From a virus (lineage: Duplodnaviria > Caudoviricetes), in the IMG/VR virus record IMGVR_UViG_3300017700_000931, positions 288,001 through 352,000 of that record: 64,000 nt of DNA; one strand, written 5' to 3'. The translations under genes were made by a program, and so were the position numbers. The notes below the pieces were generated by a model. The model was not told the DNA's origin. It saw only the letters and a program-made list of their open reading frames with translations, and ran no database searches. Positions 41,690 to 52,558 of the stretch are shown piece after piece (the stretch's first letter is position 1; each line of letters begins with the position of its first letter).

Positions 41690-43623
41690 AATCTAACTAA
41701 CATTAAATCAATTATTTTCTTTTCAACATCAACAGCCTTAACAACGATATCAACCTCATCACCAAGCCTAACAACTTGACCTGTGTTATATCCTTTTATA
41801 CAATGATTATCAGTATCTGCAATATAAGTGTCCCCACCTATTTCAGAAATTCTTACCATACCTTCAGAACCAACCTCCGGCATCTCAACGAATAAACCAT
41901 AGTCTGCTACAGAAATGACAACACCCTTATAAATCTTGCCGACCTTATCTGCCATGTAAACACATTGCATATATTTAATTGAATCTCTTGAGGCTTTTTG
42001 TGCCTTACGTTCTCTCTCAGAAAGGTAAGCACATTTTCCTTCTAACCTAGCTTTATTTGTTACGGTTTTATCCTCCAGATATCTACCAAGCATTCGGTGA
42101 ATCATTACATCTGGGTATCTTCTAATTGGGCTGGTGAAGTGAGCATAATGCTCGAAGCCTAAACCATAGTGGCCAATGTTATCAGCAGTATAAATTGCTT
42201 TCATCATTGATTTAACAACAAGGCTGCTAATCATATTTTCCTCCGGCGTTCCTTTAACATCCAATAGTAATTGATTGAGTGTTCTGGTAATTTCTTCAGG
42301 ACTATTCGTTTTGATTGTATAACCAAGTGGTGCAATAAATAATTTTAGACTCTCCAATTTAGCTGGGTCCGGTTCATCATGTGCTCTATTAACGCATGGT
42401 CCTTTTGATTTGAGGAATTGTGCAACACGACGGTTAGCAAGAAGCATATATTCTTCAATCAATTTATTTGAATCCTTCGCTTCCTTGAAATTAATTCCAA
42501 TTGGTTTAGAATTTTCATCCAACTTAAATGATACCTCACGTTTATCAAAAGATATTGAACCTCTTGTAAATCGTTGTTTACGCATTTTTTTTGCTGTCTT
42601 ATCTAATATTTTAACTGCCTCCATTACTTTATCAGTAATATTACTACCAATAACTGTTGGGCATTGAGATGCGAATGTACTTTCACATAATATCATTTCT
42701 TGTGCTTGCTCATAAGTCAACCTACAATCAGAGTGTATGATAGTTCTTCCAAACCATTCATCTAAAACATGACCATTTTGGTCCAGTGTAAAGATGGCAG
42801 AAAAGCATAATTTATCCTCATGAGGTCTAAGGGAACATAAGCCATTAGATAATCGCTCAGGAAGCATTGGAACAACTCTATCAACTAGATAAACTGATGT
42901 TCCCCTTTTGTATGCTTCTTTATCTAATCCGGTATCAGGTCTTACATAGTGACTCACGTCAGCAATGTGAACCCCAACAACCATTTTACCATTCATCCAT
43001 TCAAGTGATAGGGCATCATCAAAATCCTTAGCAGTTTCTGGGTCAATTGTAAATGTAAGAACGCCTCGCATATCTTTACGCTTAGCGATTTCTTCTTCAG
43101 GGATTTCAAGTGGAATAGAATTTGATTCGGCTTCTACATCTTCATCAAATTTATATGGTAAATCATACTCATGTAAAATAGAATGAATCTCAGTTTCATT
43201 TTCGCCAGCATTACCTAAAACCTCTAAGATTTCACCATTTGGTGATTTTGCATCGTCTTTCCAATTGGTGATTTTACCAACGGCCTTTTGGCCATCCGTT
43301 CCGCCTTTAAGTTTATTTAAAGGTATGAAGATATCAGTTGACATCTTATTGCTATCCGGTACCAAGAAAGCGTATCTGTCAGACACTTGAAGTGTACCAA
43401 CAAATTCTTCTTTGAATCGTTTAACAACTTCAATTACCTTACCTTCAATTGGTCGGCCCTTACCAGCAATTATTTCAATCTTAACTTGGTCAAGATGTAA
43501 TCCTTTATTCGTATTCTTTTTGTGGACATATATGTCCTTTGGAAGGTTATTACTTTTTAAATAAGCAGAACCACTTGCATTAAAAAGTAGTTGTCCTTCC
43601 AATATATCATTTATTTTAATCAT
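41686..43623 (-). CDS. rnr: Ribonuclease R
   Basis: N-terminal cold-shock domains; RNB catalytic DPETAKDFDDAL; HFTSPIRRYPD; C-terminal S1. Confidence 0.95.
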   Translation of the reverse strand: MIKINDILEGQLLFNASGSAYLKSNNLPKDIYVHKKNTNKGLHLDQVKIEIIAGKGRPIEGKVIEVVKRFKEEFVGTLQVSDRYAFLVPDSNKMSTDIFIPLNKLKGGTDGQKAVGKITNWKDDAKSPNGEILEVLGNAGENETEIHSILHEYDLPYKFDEDVEAESNSIPLEIPEEEIAKRKDMRGVLTFTIDPETAKDFDDALSLEWMNGKMVVGVHIADVSHYVRPDTGLDKEAYKRGTSVYLVDRVVPMLPERLSNGLCSLRPHEDKLCFSAIFTLDQNGHVLDEWFGRTIIHSDCRLTYEQAQEMILCESTFASQCPTVIGSNITDKVMEAVKILDKTAKKMRKQRFTRGSISFDKREVSFKLDENSKPIGINFKEAKDSNKLIEEYMLLANRRVAQFLKSKGPCVNRAHDEPDPAKLESLKLFIAPLGYTIKTNSPEEITRTLNQLLLDVKGTPEENMISSLVVKSMMKAIYTADNIGHYGLGFEHYAHFTSPIRRYPDVMIHRMLGRYLEDKTVTNKARLEGKCAYLSERERKAQKASRDSIKYMQCVYMADKVGKIYKGVVISVADYGLFVEMPEVGSEGMVRISEIGGDTYIADTDNHCIKGYNTGQVVRLGDEVDIVVKAVDVEKKIIDLMLVRL

Positions 43624-44548
43624 TTCTTCTTCCTCTTATTATGTCTTGAATTCTATCAAGACTTTCGTGTATTCTTTGCATTGAAGCTTCTCGGTTTCTT
43701 TCTGATTCAATCTCCTCATCAGTATTTTCATCAAATACCGCTGGGTTTCTCAATCTATATTCATCAAGTTCTCTTCTTCTTTGTTCTTCAGTTCTATCAG
43801 CAAATTCTTGTGCATTATAACGATGTTCAACAACATCATTCTGTTGTTCATCCCAAACAAAATATTCATCTAGGTTCCTCAAATCTGGACGAATTGGTAC
43901 CATACGTCCCATTCGTGGTCTTCTAATCCTTACCATGCCGTCCATATCAGTATGGACATCAAAATCTACTTCATTTTCAACTTCTTCGTCGGGTGCTTCC
44001 TCACCTTCAACATCATCATATCCTAGGGCATCTTCAATCCTTTCTTCCATCGCATTGTCTTCCCCAATAACACCCGCTCTCACTGAATAATTACAATGTT
44101 CAATAATTGTTTTACTAATAAGTCCTTTATAGCCTTGAGTTATAAAATCAAAATCAACCACATTGATATTATCAATTTCAAGTACCTTAGTATAAGCATC
44201 CTCATGAAGCATACTCACATCTTTATTTTCATGTGCTAAACAAAAAGCAATATATCCATTAAGGTGTGGAACATCTCCTAACTTATAAAATTCAATACTA
44301 TCATAAAACTGAATATTAGATGTAATTTCACCCTCACGAATCTTCATATCACGAGTATTATTAGTTTTTTTGATTATAATCAAATCATAATCATTAATAC
44401 TATTAATATCAAAATAATATAAAGCATTACTCATAGCTTCAGCACGAGTATAACATCCACTGTTAATCATGTGAGCATATGCTTTCAAAAAACAAGTTAT
44501 ATTACTTCTCTCAAAAACCTTTTTTAATCCTTCATCAACAAGTTTCAT
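43616..44548 (-). CDS. Hypothetical protein with acidic, low-complexity C-terminal half
   Basis: E/D/R-rich from about residue 170. Confidence 0.6.
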   Translation of the reverse strand: MKLVDEGLKKVFERSNITCFLKAYAHMINSGCYTRAEAMSNALYYFDINSINDYDLIIIKKTNNTRDMKIREGEITSNIQFYDSIEFYKLGDVPHLNGYIAFCLAHENKDVSMLHEDAYTKVLEIDNINVVDFDFITQGYKGLISKTIIEHCNYSVRAGVIGEDNAMEERIEDALGYDDVEGEEAPDEEVENEVDFDVHTDMDGMVRIRRPRMGRMVPIRPDLRNLDEYFVWDEQQNDVVEHRYNAQEFADRTEEQRRRELDEYRLRNPAVFDENTDEEIESERNREASMQRIHESLDRIQDIIRGRRND

Positions 44549-44570
44549 TTAAATTAATTCAAACTTCGTG

Positions 44571-44870
44571 TTATTCTGTTGGGTTGTCACCTTTCCACCC
44601 AGTGGTATTAGCCCTAATTTGTTTCTTGTTAGCTTTAATGTAAATCACGGCACTCATTAAAGTTTCATATGTCTCTGGTTCATTTTTTTTAATTTCCAGT
44701 AATAACTCACTTGGTATCGGCCTGATAGTTAAATCATCATTGAATAAATTTATTGAACCACAATACATACAAAGTGATATATCATCTTTTTTTGGTGAAT
44801 ATGTTCCACCATCCACTGGTGCAGCACCATCATTATGTGCTCCACATTCTGGGCATTTTAAAGCTTCCAT
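44571..44870 (-). CDS. Zn-finger protein
   Basis: CPECG..CMYCG. Confidence 0.65.
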   Translation of the reverse strand: MEALKCPECGAHNDGAAPVDGGTYSPKKDDISLCMYCGSINLFNDDLTIRPIPSELLLEIKKNEPETYETLMSAVIYIKANKKQIRANTTGWKGDNPTE

Positions 44871-44913
44871 ACTACAAAGTTATGATAAATTTATTAATAC
44901 CACAATGATAATT

Positions 44914-45279
44914 TTAAAGACTTTCTTTCGCCATGTAAATAATCTCTGGAAATCCACCAAAAACAAATTTAGTTACATCACATAACCACATCTGCATATT
45001 CATCTCAATCCCCATGTAGTTTTTTAAAGAATAATATGCACCATTGTTCACTTCGGTTGCCATACGAATGAATTCTATCTTATCAGAACCATCAAATTCT
45101 TCCTCTGATAGTATCAACCAAACATGGTCATTACCTTCCGACAAAACATTTAACATTGTATCTGCACCCTCAACCATTTCAAGGTCTGCTTTTGGTCCTT
45201 GCCACTCTGGTAAATCAATGTACCATCGACCACTGGTTTCTTTATAAAATTTTAATTTTTTCATATTAAGCTTCAACAA
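44914..45279 (-). CDS. Conserved hypothetical (DUF6717-like)
   Basis: FYKE..RWYIDLPEW.G.KADLEMV.GAD..L..WLCDVT..VFG.FP. Confidence 0.55.
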   Translation of the reverse strand: MLKLNMKKLKFYKETSGRWYIDLPEWQGPKADLEMVEGADTMLNVLSEGNDHVWLILSEEEFDGSDKIEFIRMATEVNNGAYYSLKNYMGIEMNMQMWLCDVTKFVFGGFPEIIYMAKESL

Positions 45280-46312
45280 TTTCTAATTGATTTCTTTGAA
45301 TTGGTATCCGGCTCCAAATCACTTCTCTACCCAAATCAGTCAAAAAATAATAAGGCATACCAGTTGTAGTTTCTGTTTTTTCTGCTAAGCCTAGAAGGAC
45401 TAATGCATCCCAATCATCATCAGATTTACATTGGAAATAATTTCGATAACCAACTGATTCTGGTCTTCTTTCATCATAACCAACAGCATGTAACATCTTA
45501 CGTTGTTGTTCTTGTGAAATACTAGATAGCATTGGGTGTTGTGGTCGACTAACTAGGTCTACACCTTTTCGTCTACGAACTTTAACGTCAATGAAAGTTT
45601 TATCATAATCTTGAATATTATAAAGATATTCAATTTTTGCCTTACCAGATGTTTCGGCGTAAATAACCATAGAATGAATCCAATCAGTTTCATGATGTCT
45701 AGTCACACCAAGTGACTCTACATCGTACCATTCATTGAATGTGCATTCAAATGCTTTTTTGATTAATTTCATGAGTTTAGTTAAGTTTAACGAATCCAAA
45801 TTCTAACCATCGCATGATAAAATCAGTACTATATTCATTACCATCAGTAACGACCATACCTGTGATTCTATTATTAGATGCTGAAATTATAACTTCAGTC
45901 CGGTCCTTAAAAATTAATTTTTTACCTTTTCTTAATTTCATAAAATAAATTAAAAACTTGGGTCATATCCTGAATGCTTACACTCAAGCGCATGAATAAA
46001 AGGGCTATTGTCTATGTATCCAACTAATGTTTTACAGCGTACACATTTAAATTTCTCCCAGTGTTCTGGATAAGTAGTTAAGTTCCCAGTACCACGATAC
46101 TCAGAACACCCACATTTTGGACAAAATGCAAAGGGTAAAATCTCCCTTCGTTCATACATCGTCTTAATTGGTGGTCCTAACGTTACTTGATTAAGTAATC
46201 TATTGATTGCACAAGTAGACATCCGTTTACCTAACAAAGCCTTTTTTACTTTGCGTGGTAACTTATGCCCATGATACAATGCCCAATAATGTTTACTCTT
46301 AATCCTTTTCAA
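45266..46312 (-). CDS. Hypothetical genes (45266-45772 wHTH-like C-terminus, 45783-45941, 45950-46312 Zn-binding)
   Basis: CPKCGC..CVRC in 45950; 45783-45941 found by hand. Confidence 0.6.
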
Positions 46313-46538
46313 TTTCTACCTCCTCGACAATTCTATGTCTTTTGGTCCCTAAATAACTGTAATAAGAAATTTCATAAACACAGCCACAATCAACTGAAAG
46401 TACTACTGCGTCATCATGAAATTGTTTGTTCTTAATTTCCACATCATCACCTTTTTTAAAGAGACACATAGAAGTATCGCATTTACTACATCCGGTAACA
46501 AATAACATTACTGATGATAATATTATAATATTCTTCAT
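46299..46538 (-). CDS. Small putative lipoprotein
   Basis: MKNIIILSSVMLFVTGC lipobox. Confidence 0.55.
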   Translation of the reverse strand: MKNIIILSSVMLFVTGCSKCDTSMCLFKKGDDVEIKNKQFHDDAVVLSVDCGCVYEISYYSYLGTKRHRIVEEVEIEKD

Positions 46539-46557
46539 AAATTGTTTAATTTGAATT

Positions 46558-47127
46558 TTAAGGGGTTTCGCCATGGTGAGGCCCAAGAACATGATTTATC
46601 TTAAACTTTTTAATCACGCCTTTAGCTACAAGGTTATCACCCCATGCTTGAAATCTTGGGATATGCTCATCACGGTCATCATACATTATGATGCTTTGAA
46701 TACTTGGGTTATTTTTCAAGAGACCTTCCAACTGTTGCATTTTGTTATCAGCAGTTTCTCCACCGTAATTGTACATGTATGCATCGAATTTCAACCCATA
46801 AGAATCTAGGATAGCTTGAACTTGTTTAGCTACCTCTTTACGACGGCCAGTAAGCATAATGTTCATAGCATTAGGCTCAAGAATATGTTTTTTGTAAGCA
46901 GATACAACACTACTGATAAGTGGTTGGTCAAATACTTCTGTGCTCAGAGATTCTGGTTTACTCCACCAACCAATATGTGGCCAATCGTTACCAGTTTTTT
47001 CTTTCCAGATGATTTTGCCAGTTTCAGGCATTTGGGTATCCACTAGGGTTCCATCAAAATCATATACTATCAATTCAGTTTTGATTTTTGTGTTACTAAG
47101 TGCTTCGATAATTTTTTCTTCAAACAT
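46558..47127 (-). CDS. HAD phosphatase, Swiss-Army-Knife RNA-repair type
   Basis: VYDFDGTL..WWSKPESL; MLTGR; K; YDDR. Confidence 0.75.
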   Translation of the reverse strand: MFEEKIIEALSNTKIKTELIVYDFDGTLVDTQMPETGKIIWKEKTGNDWPHIGWWSKPESLSTEVFDQPLISSVVSAYKKHILEPNAMNIMLTGRRKEVAKQVQAILDSYGLKFDAYMYNYGGETADNKMQQLEGLLKNNPSIQSIIMYDDRDEHIPRFQAWGDNLVAKGVIKKFKINHVLGPHHGETP

Positions 47128-47159
47128 AATGCAAATATACTAACTTAAATCGAATTATC

Positions 47160-48032
47160 CTAATGCTTTTCCATTTTTTTAAAACCGAGCTTACTTCTGG
47201 TCTTTTCGTATACTGGTAACTCCATGATTTTATCCAAACAAAATTGTTTTATTTCATCTAATGTTTTCCCAGATAATTCTTCTGAAAATTTGTCGATTTC
47301 TTCCTCAGTAATAATATCTTTTAGCATTTTACTGAGGATATTAATAATATCAGATTTCAATTGAATTCCTTCAATATTAACTACAAACTTAAATCTACTT
47401 TCACGATTTTTTATTTCGTTAGGAATTTTATCAAAGTTATTTGTTGATGCAAAAAAGACACAATTCGTTATTGATAAGTTACCATCTAGAATTGATTTTA
47501 ATTGATTTACGTTTTTATCAATGAAGCCATCAAATTCTTCAAAAATAACAAATATCGGATTATTTTGAATCTTCCTTATATCACAAATGAATTCCCAACA
47601 GCGGATAAAATCCTCATTATATGTATTTATATAAAACACTATGGCATTATGTTTTTCAATTGCCATATTATAATAATGTTTTGCTATTGATGTCTTACCA
47701 GTCCCCTCTTTACCATGAAACAAAAGACCAATTTTATGCATAAAACCTAATTCTTTTATTGTTTCTGACATTTTATCAGAAAAGAATGAAGTAAAAAATA
47801 AATCTATTTTACCTTTATCAGGAAAATTATGAATTTCATGGATTTTTTCATCCGAAATTTTAGTTAAGATATTCACATACTTAGGATAAGCATAGTATGA
47901 TAAATTATAGACTCCGGCATCTAATTTTTTTTCTGTTTTAATAGTATCAATAACTGAAAATGTTACTTCCCCATTTTCCAAATAATGAAATGATTTTAAA
48001 CTAGTTGTTTCCATATTATCGTATTGTTTCAA
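47160..48032 (-). CDS. AAA+ ATPase
   Basis: GKEGTGKT; IFEEFD; STN; NRESRF. Confidence 0.85.
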   Translation of the reverse strand: MKQYDNMETTSLKSFHYLENGEVTFSVIDTIKTEKKLDAGVYNLSYYAYPKYVNILTKISDEKIHEIHNFPDKGKIDLFFTSFFSDKMSETIKELGFMHKIGLLFHGKEGTGKTSIAKHYYNMAIEKHNAIVFYINTYNEDFIRCWEFICDIRKIQNNPIFVIFEEFDGFIDKNVNQLKSILDGNLSITNCVFFASTNNFDKIPNEIKNRESRFKFVVNIEGIQLKSDIINILSKMLKDIITEEEIDKFSEELSGKTLDEIKQFCLDKIMELPVYEKTRSKLGFKKMEKH

Positions 48033-49502
48033 AGGTATTAATTATTTCAATGGATACGTATCCATTATTTTCTTTATTGGCCAATACTTGGGCCTCATTA
48101 ATAATGTTGTAAAAATTATCGGTGAATAATTTTTTTCTATCAATAAAGTATTTGGCGGTTTCTTCTGAATCGAAACTACAGCCCAACCAACCAGCATTAT
48201 CAGCCCAAACAATACCACCATCTTTAAGTCGATACAGTTTATAGTCTTTATATTTATCTAGTATTTCGAAATCTCTTTCCATCGGATGATTTACTAGTCA
48301 AATGAACTAGATGAACTATCAGAAGAACTGCCAGAATCATAACTAGAGGAATCACTACTGGATGAGCTACCGCTATCATATGAACTATCATGACTTGAAT
48401 GGTTGTCATGGCTAGGACTGTAATCCTCATGTCTGGATGAACTTTCATGATGATTGCTGTTCGATGAATGGTCATTCTCAGTGGTTTCCCAAACAGAAAA
48501 TGGACTTAATGGATTCAGTGGATTCAAAAGACTAGTAGGGTCTAATGTATCATTATTTGATGGTGTATTACCATAATTATTTATACGATGCTTATTTCTC
48601 TCATCATGTCTTGCACGAGATTCATAACATGAATGTTTTTCCTCTTTTTTTGGCTCTTGTTTTTTGCCGAATAATCTGCTTAACCAACCCATAATTTCAA
48701 ATTTATTTTTTATTATTTAACTAAAAATTCTTTTCCACCAAGGCTTAGCTAATTTAGCACCCATCTTAGTATTAATTCTAATTGTATTTGATTTATAGCC
48801 ACATCCATCAAATAAGCAAATCATTTTATGTTCATCAGCAATATGAATTTGAGTACTAAGTCTATATTGCATAACTTTCCCTGTTGGGGATTTAACCAAG
48901 GATTTGTTATTACACTTAGGACATATTTTTATACTCATTTCATTAATTGATTTTATTCGATGATATCATTAGAATCAACACCTTCATAGCTTCCACTACC
49001 CATACAATAATTTGTCCAATTGCTCCAACTCAAATCACCTAAGTTAAAACCATTAGCCTTACACTCATCAACTCTCGCTCTATATTCAGCATATGTTTCA
49101 TTATCTTTTGGACGTGGGTGTTCGCCTTTGTAATCTTTACCACTGAAGGTTTCACCTTCAATTGAGCCATCAGGCAAGATATTTTTTATTTCATTATTTT
49201 TCATAAACAAATTTTTAACAAGGGTATCCATTATGTAATTCTTCTCTTTTATCAGTATAGAAAGAACCGGATACGCTATGCATAGAACTCTCACAAGTAA
49301 GCTCTTCCCATGATGATAACCCTAAACCCTCAAGCGTTTGTCCTGAAACCCTCAAATATTCTTCAGCTGACTCCTCATCAGTAAAACCTTCATGGTTTGG
49401 GCATCTATAAGTGTGACCTATTACTTCACCAGATTGGTGAGCAGCAAGAAATCCCCAAGGACCTTCATTTCTTAGGTCGGCATTACAAAACGGACAATTC
49501 AT
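48016..49502 (-). CDS. Small hypothetical genes (48016-48282, 48294-48692 Ser-rich tail, 48717-48938 Zn ribbon, 48953-49294, 49215-49502 Zn ribbon)
   Basis: SSYDSGSSSS repeats; CPKC and CPFC motifs. Confidence 0.6.
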
Positions 49503-49660
49503 TCCTTACCAATTAATTTTCTTGCCTCGCTACCAAAACCAACCAATAAACCAAGTGGTATACCCCAATAGGCACTTTGGTCCCAGATTAGTACTGCCAT
49601 TGCAACAACAAAACTGCGATAGAACATTCTTGAGGTCATTTGAATTAAATCAACCATAAT

Positions 49661-50314
49661 TTATACTTTTAATTCGTAATGTTTTATTACTTGAGTTAAA
49701 TTTGCGAAGAATGGTCCATAGTGTTCATTAGGTCGCTTGACAATCCAATGGTTATATGTGCTATCATCTGCAACCGATTTCTCAATTATAAGCCCTTTTT
49801 CCTTCAAAAGAAACTCAATCTCTTCTCTGGTAATGTTTTGTGTTAATGAAATATTATAACCTTTTTTATTGGTTTTAGAATGACTAACAAAAACCTTCAT
49901 GGCATGCCACTCATCAAAATTAACATCATGAAACCAAGTGCGAATTTCTTCACCAATTTTACCAACATTTAATCCTCGGTTGACCGCCATAGCAATTCTG
50001 CTAAGACAATGCCAATTGGTTCTTTTATCCCATTCCTCAACACCATCAAACCCAAGGAAAATTAATTGTTCCCTAGCATACATATCACAAGCAAATTCTT
50101 GCTCAAATCGTTTACCTTTGTTACCATCAATAATGTGCTTAACCTCATGCATGCAGACAGCAAAACGGTCTGAATTAGTTGGTTTAGGAATCTTAATTTC
50201 ATTTCTATTCCACCAAGCACAACCAGAAGAAGTAACACTCCACTTAACTACTTTTATATTATATTCTTGTAATAATTTGTTTAAGTGTTGTTCAGCGATT
50301 TTTTTATCAAACAT
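49661..50314 (-). CDS. HExxH zincin-like protein
   Basis: CMHEVKHI..E; ATG at 50314 after TATATTTG promoter (50340-47). Confidence 0.55.
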   Translation of the reverse strand: MFDKKIAEQHLNKLLQEYNIKVVKWSVTSSGCAWWNRNEIKIPKPTNSDRFAVCMHEVKHIIDGNKGKRFEQEFACDMYAREQLIFLGFDGVEEWDKRTNWHCLSRIAMAVNRGLNVGKIGEEIRTWFHDVNFDEWHAMKVFVSHSKTNKKGYNISLTQNITREEIEFLLKEKGLIIEKSVADDSTYNHWIVKRPNEHYGPFFANLTQVIKHYELKV

Positions 50315-50372
50315 GGTATTGGTTTTAATGGTTAGGATGCAAATATACAAATAAAATTTCTAATATCCTAAT

Positions 50373-51188
50373 TTAACTCCCACAACCACCGCAGCCACCA
50401 CCACAGCTACTTCCGCAAGAACTTCCACAACCACTTGAACCAGAACTGCATCCACTACAACCAAAGAATGAACCCATGGCAGAACACCCAGTTGATGAAC
50501 TTGACCCACCGGAACTGGAACCACCACCTCGATTATTTCTATTAATATAACGATAGATTCCCCTAATGATAAAAATTGCAACAACAATAATCAATATCAG
50601 TAGAAATGTTTTACCCCAATCAATATTAGATGCAAACATGAATAATGACGCTATAATGACTAATAACGGCGTTAATACATATACCGTCATGTATTCTTTA
50701 ACCTTAGATTTATTCAACACATAATTTTCATTTAAATTAATTCGTTGAAATTTAGTCTGTGAGAATCTTTTTTCAGCACTTGGCCAAATATCTTCTGGAG
50801 CTTTTTTACCAAATGTAACTTGATACAACGCTAACGTTTTATTATATTGGTCAAGATACTTTTCGGTTTCCTTAGTTCCACCTTTAGTTGGACCATGGTG
50901 AAACTTCATCCCTAGGATTTCATTACACAAGTCATTCCAATATGACTCAGTATATAACATATGCAAATGCCATGCTTGGTCCACTTCATCAGATGGTGTT
51001 AATGATTTTCTTTCAATTACTGATAGATAAAGAAATTTTTTATATTCTTCAATCACTCTTTTAGAATAATTTGCCGACCAACCATTTTCTCTGGATAATC
51101 TTTGTGATAGAGAGAATTCAGACGTTGGGTCATCCAGATTGAATTTTTGTAATTTATTCCAAAGTTCGGTGTTCTTCAAAAGTTTCAT
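50373..51188 (-). CDS. Glycine-rich-domain (GRDP / TIGR04222-like) membrane protein with Gly/Ser/Cys tail
   Basis: EEYKKFLYL..TPSDEVDQAWHLHMLYT..HHGP; two TM segments; tail GCSSGSSGCGSSCGSSCGGGCGGCGS. Confidence 0.75.
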   Translation of the reverse strand: MKLLKNTELWNKLQKFNLDDPTSEFSLSQRLSRENGWSANYSKRVIEEYKKFLYLSVIERKSLTPSDEVDQAWHLHMLYTESYWNDLCNEILGMKFHHGPTKGGTKETEKYLDQYNKTLALYQVTFGKKAPEDIWPSAEKRFSQTKFQRINLNENYVLNKSKVKEYMTVYVLTPLLVIIASLFMFASNIDWGKTFLLILIIVVAIFIIRGIYRYINRNNRGGGSSSGGSSSSTGCSAMGSFFGCSGCSSGSSGCGSSCGSSCGGGCGGCGS

Positions 51189-51204
51189 AATTTAAGATAA
51201 AATT

Positions 51205-51743
51205 TTATAATTCAACATATCCATTAATACGTATCTCATCCCATTTTTTGGTAGGCATTGAGCATGACGTAAAAGAATCAATATACTTCAAGGAATATGG
51301 TTTTGGATGGTATTTCTTACATCTAGTACAAATATCTTTTTTTGCACTAAAATCTTCAACAATTGCTCTATCCCAAACCCTTTTTGTGGATTTTCGAATC
51401 TTAATTTCCTTAGTAAGGATTTTGTGGCCGAGTCTTTCACACTTTAAGACCGGATTGGTCATTTCTTGAAAAAACCTACCAATTTTAATGATAAAATTCA
51501 TAATTAATTTTTTTCGATAGAGTTTTCAATTTGTGTCAAAGCAAATTCCAATTTATCTGGACTCATATTCTCAACGATTTCGTCTAAAGGTCTATCTAAA
51601 TTATCATGTGAATACATGCGTTTAAATTTATCAATATGATTAGGATTATGAATTTCTTTTAACCCTTCATTGATTAAATTCCTAGTGAAGGCAATTACTT
51701 TTGGGTGTTTCATGATTACATGAGTTTTGAACCTATTGACCAA
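51205..51743 (-). CDS. Hypothetical genes (51205-51501 Cys/His, 51504-51743)
   Basis: CERLGH..CTRC. Confidence 0.55.
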
Positions 51744-52054
51744 TTTTCTATTTCAACATCACCAGAGTTGGTTTCACCAACCATAATCATTACTTCACTG
51801 GTAATACCCATCATAACCGATGGTTTTAGATTCATAATAAATGGCATTCGAACCATAAGAAATTTTTCTGGTTCGAATTTTTCACCTAAATTAGTTACAC
51901 AAGTTTTAATGACTTCATCACCAAACTGTACGTTTAACTTCAATAATTTTTTGGATTTTGGTATCCGTTCAGCACCTGTAATTAGCCCAACACGGATTTC
52001 TAGCTTGTCAGCCATTTGAATGAATTCTGAGAATTCGATTTCTGGTTTGTTCAT
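51716..52054 (-). CDS. tRNA-binding OB-fold protein (Trbp111/CsaA/MetRS C-terminal-like)
   Basis: LEIRVG.I..AE....SKKLLKL.V.FG..NLKP..MMG..SEVM. Confidence 0.85.
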   Translation of the reverse strand: MNKPEIEFSEFIQMADKLEIRVGLITGAERIPKSKKLLKLNVQFGDEVIKTCVTNLGEKFEPEKFLMVRMPFIMNLKPSVMMGITSEVMIMVGETNSGDVEIENWSIGSKLM

Positions 52055-52058
52055 TTAT

Positions 52059-52442
52059 CTATAAAAATTGTAGAGTGACTATGGTAACTATTGCCCCAAT
52101 TGTCATTCCGATTAAAACATCTCTCAAAGAAACCCTTAATGGCTTCTTAACTTCTTGGTTTGGGTTCACAATTAAGGCCCCATATATTCTTTTCCCTGCC
52201 GACCCAATCAATTCTTTAGTGATAGGGCCATGAGCATGTATTGTTTGTTTAAGAGCTCCATTAATCTTAGCCATATCAATTTTTTTGGCTTTTTTGAGCT
52301 TTTCTATTGTATCTTCACCATCTTTTTGGTAAGCATCAACTGCTTGGATGATGTTTTTTAGCTTAGGTGAATTACTTTCCAATTCTAATCTAATATTATT
52401 CTCTAGTTTACCTTTTCTGGTCTTCAGTTTATCAAACATCAA
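52059..52442 (-). CDS. Hypothetical protein with C-terminal TM anchor
   Basis: INGALKQTIHAHGPIT; hydrophobic tail. Confidence 0.6.
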   Translation of the reverse strand: MMFDKLKTRKGKLENNIRLELESNSPKLKNIIQAVDAYQKDGEDTIEKLKKAKKIDMAKINGALKQTIHAHGPITKELIGSAGKRIYGALIVNPNQEVKKPLRVSLRDVLIGMTIGAIVTIVTLQFL

Positions 52443-52558
52443 TACAATAACTTTACAAATTTAGCAATAATAATTGATTTACACAACATTATCACATTTT
52501 ATTTTTAAACCCTAACCGGATTCAATAATAAATACCTTACAAAGCCTATAAAAAGTAA

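Noticed and set aside
48254-50587. Val/Met/Ile-rich alternative-frame ORFs (48254-48475, 50360-50587)
   Set aside because: Frame-shifted readings of the Ser-rich and Gly/Cys-rich tails of real genes.
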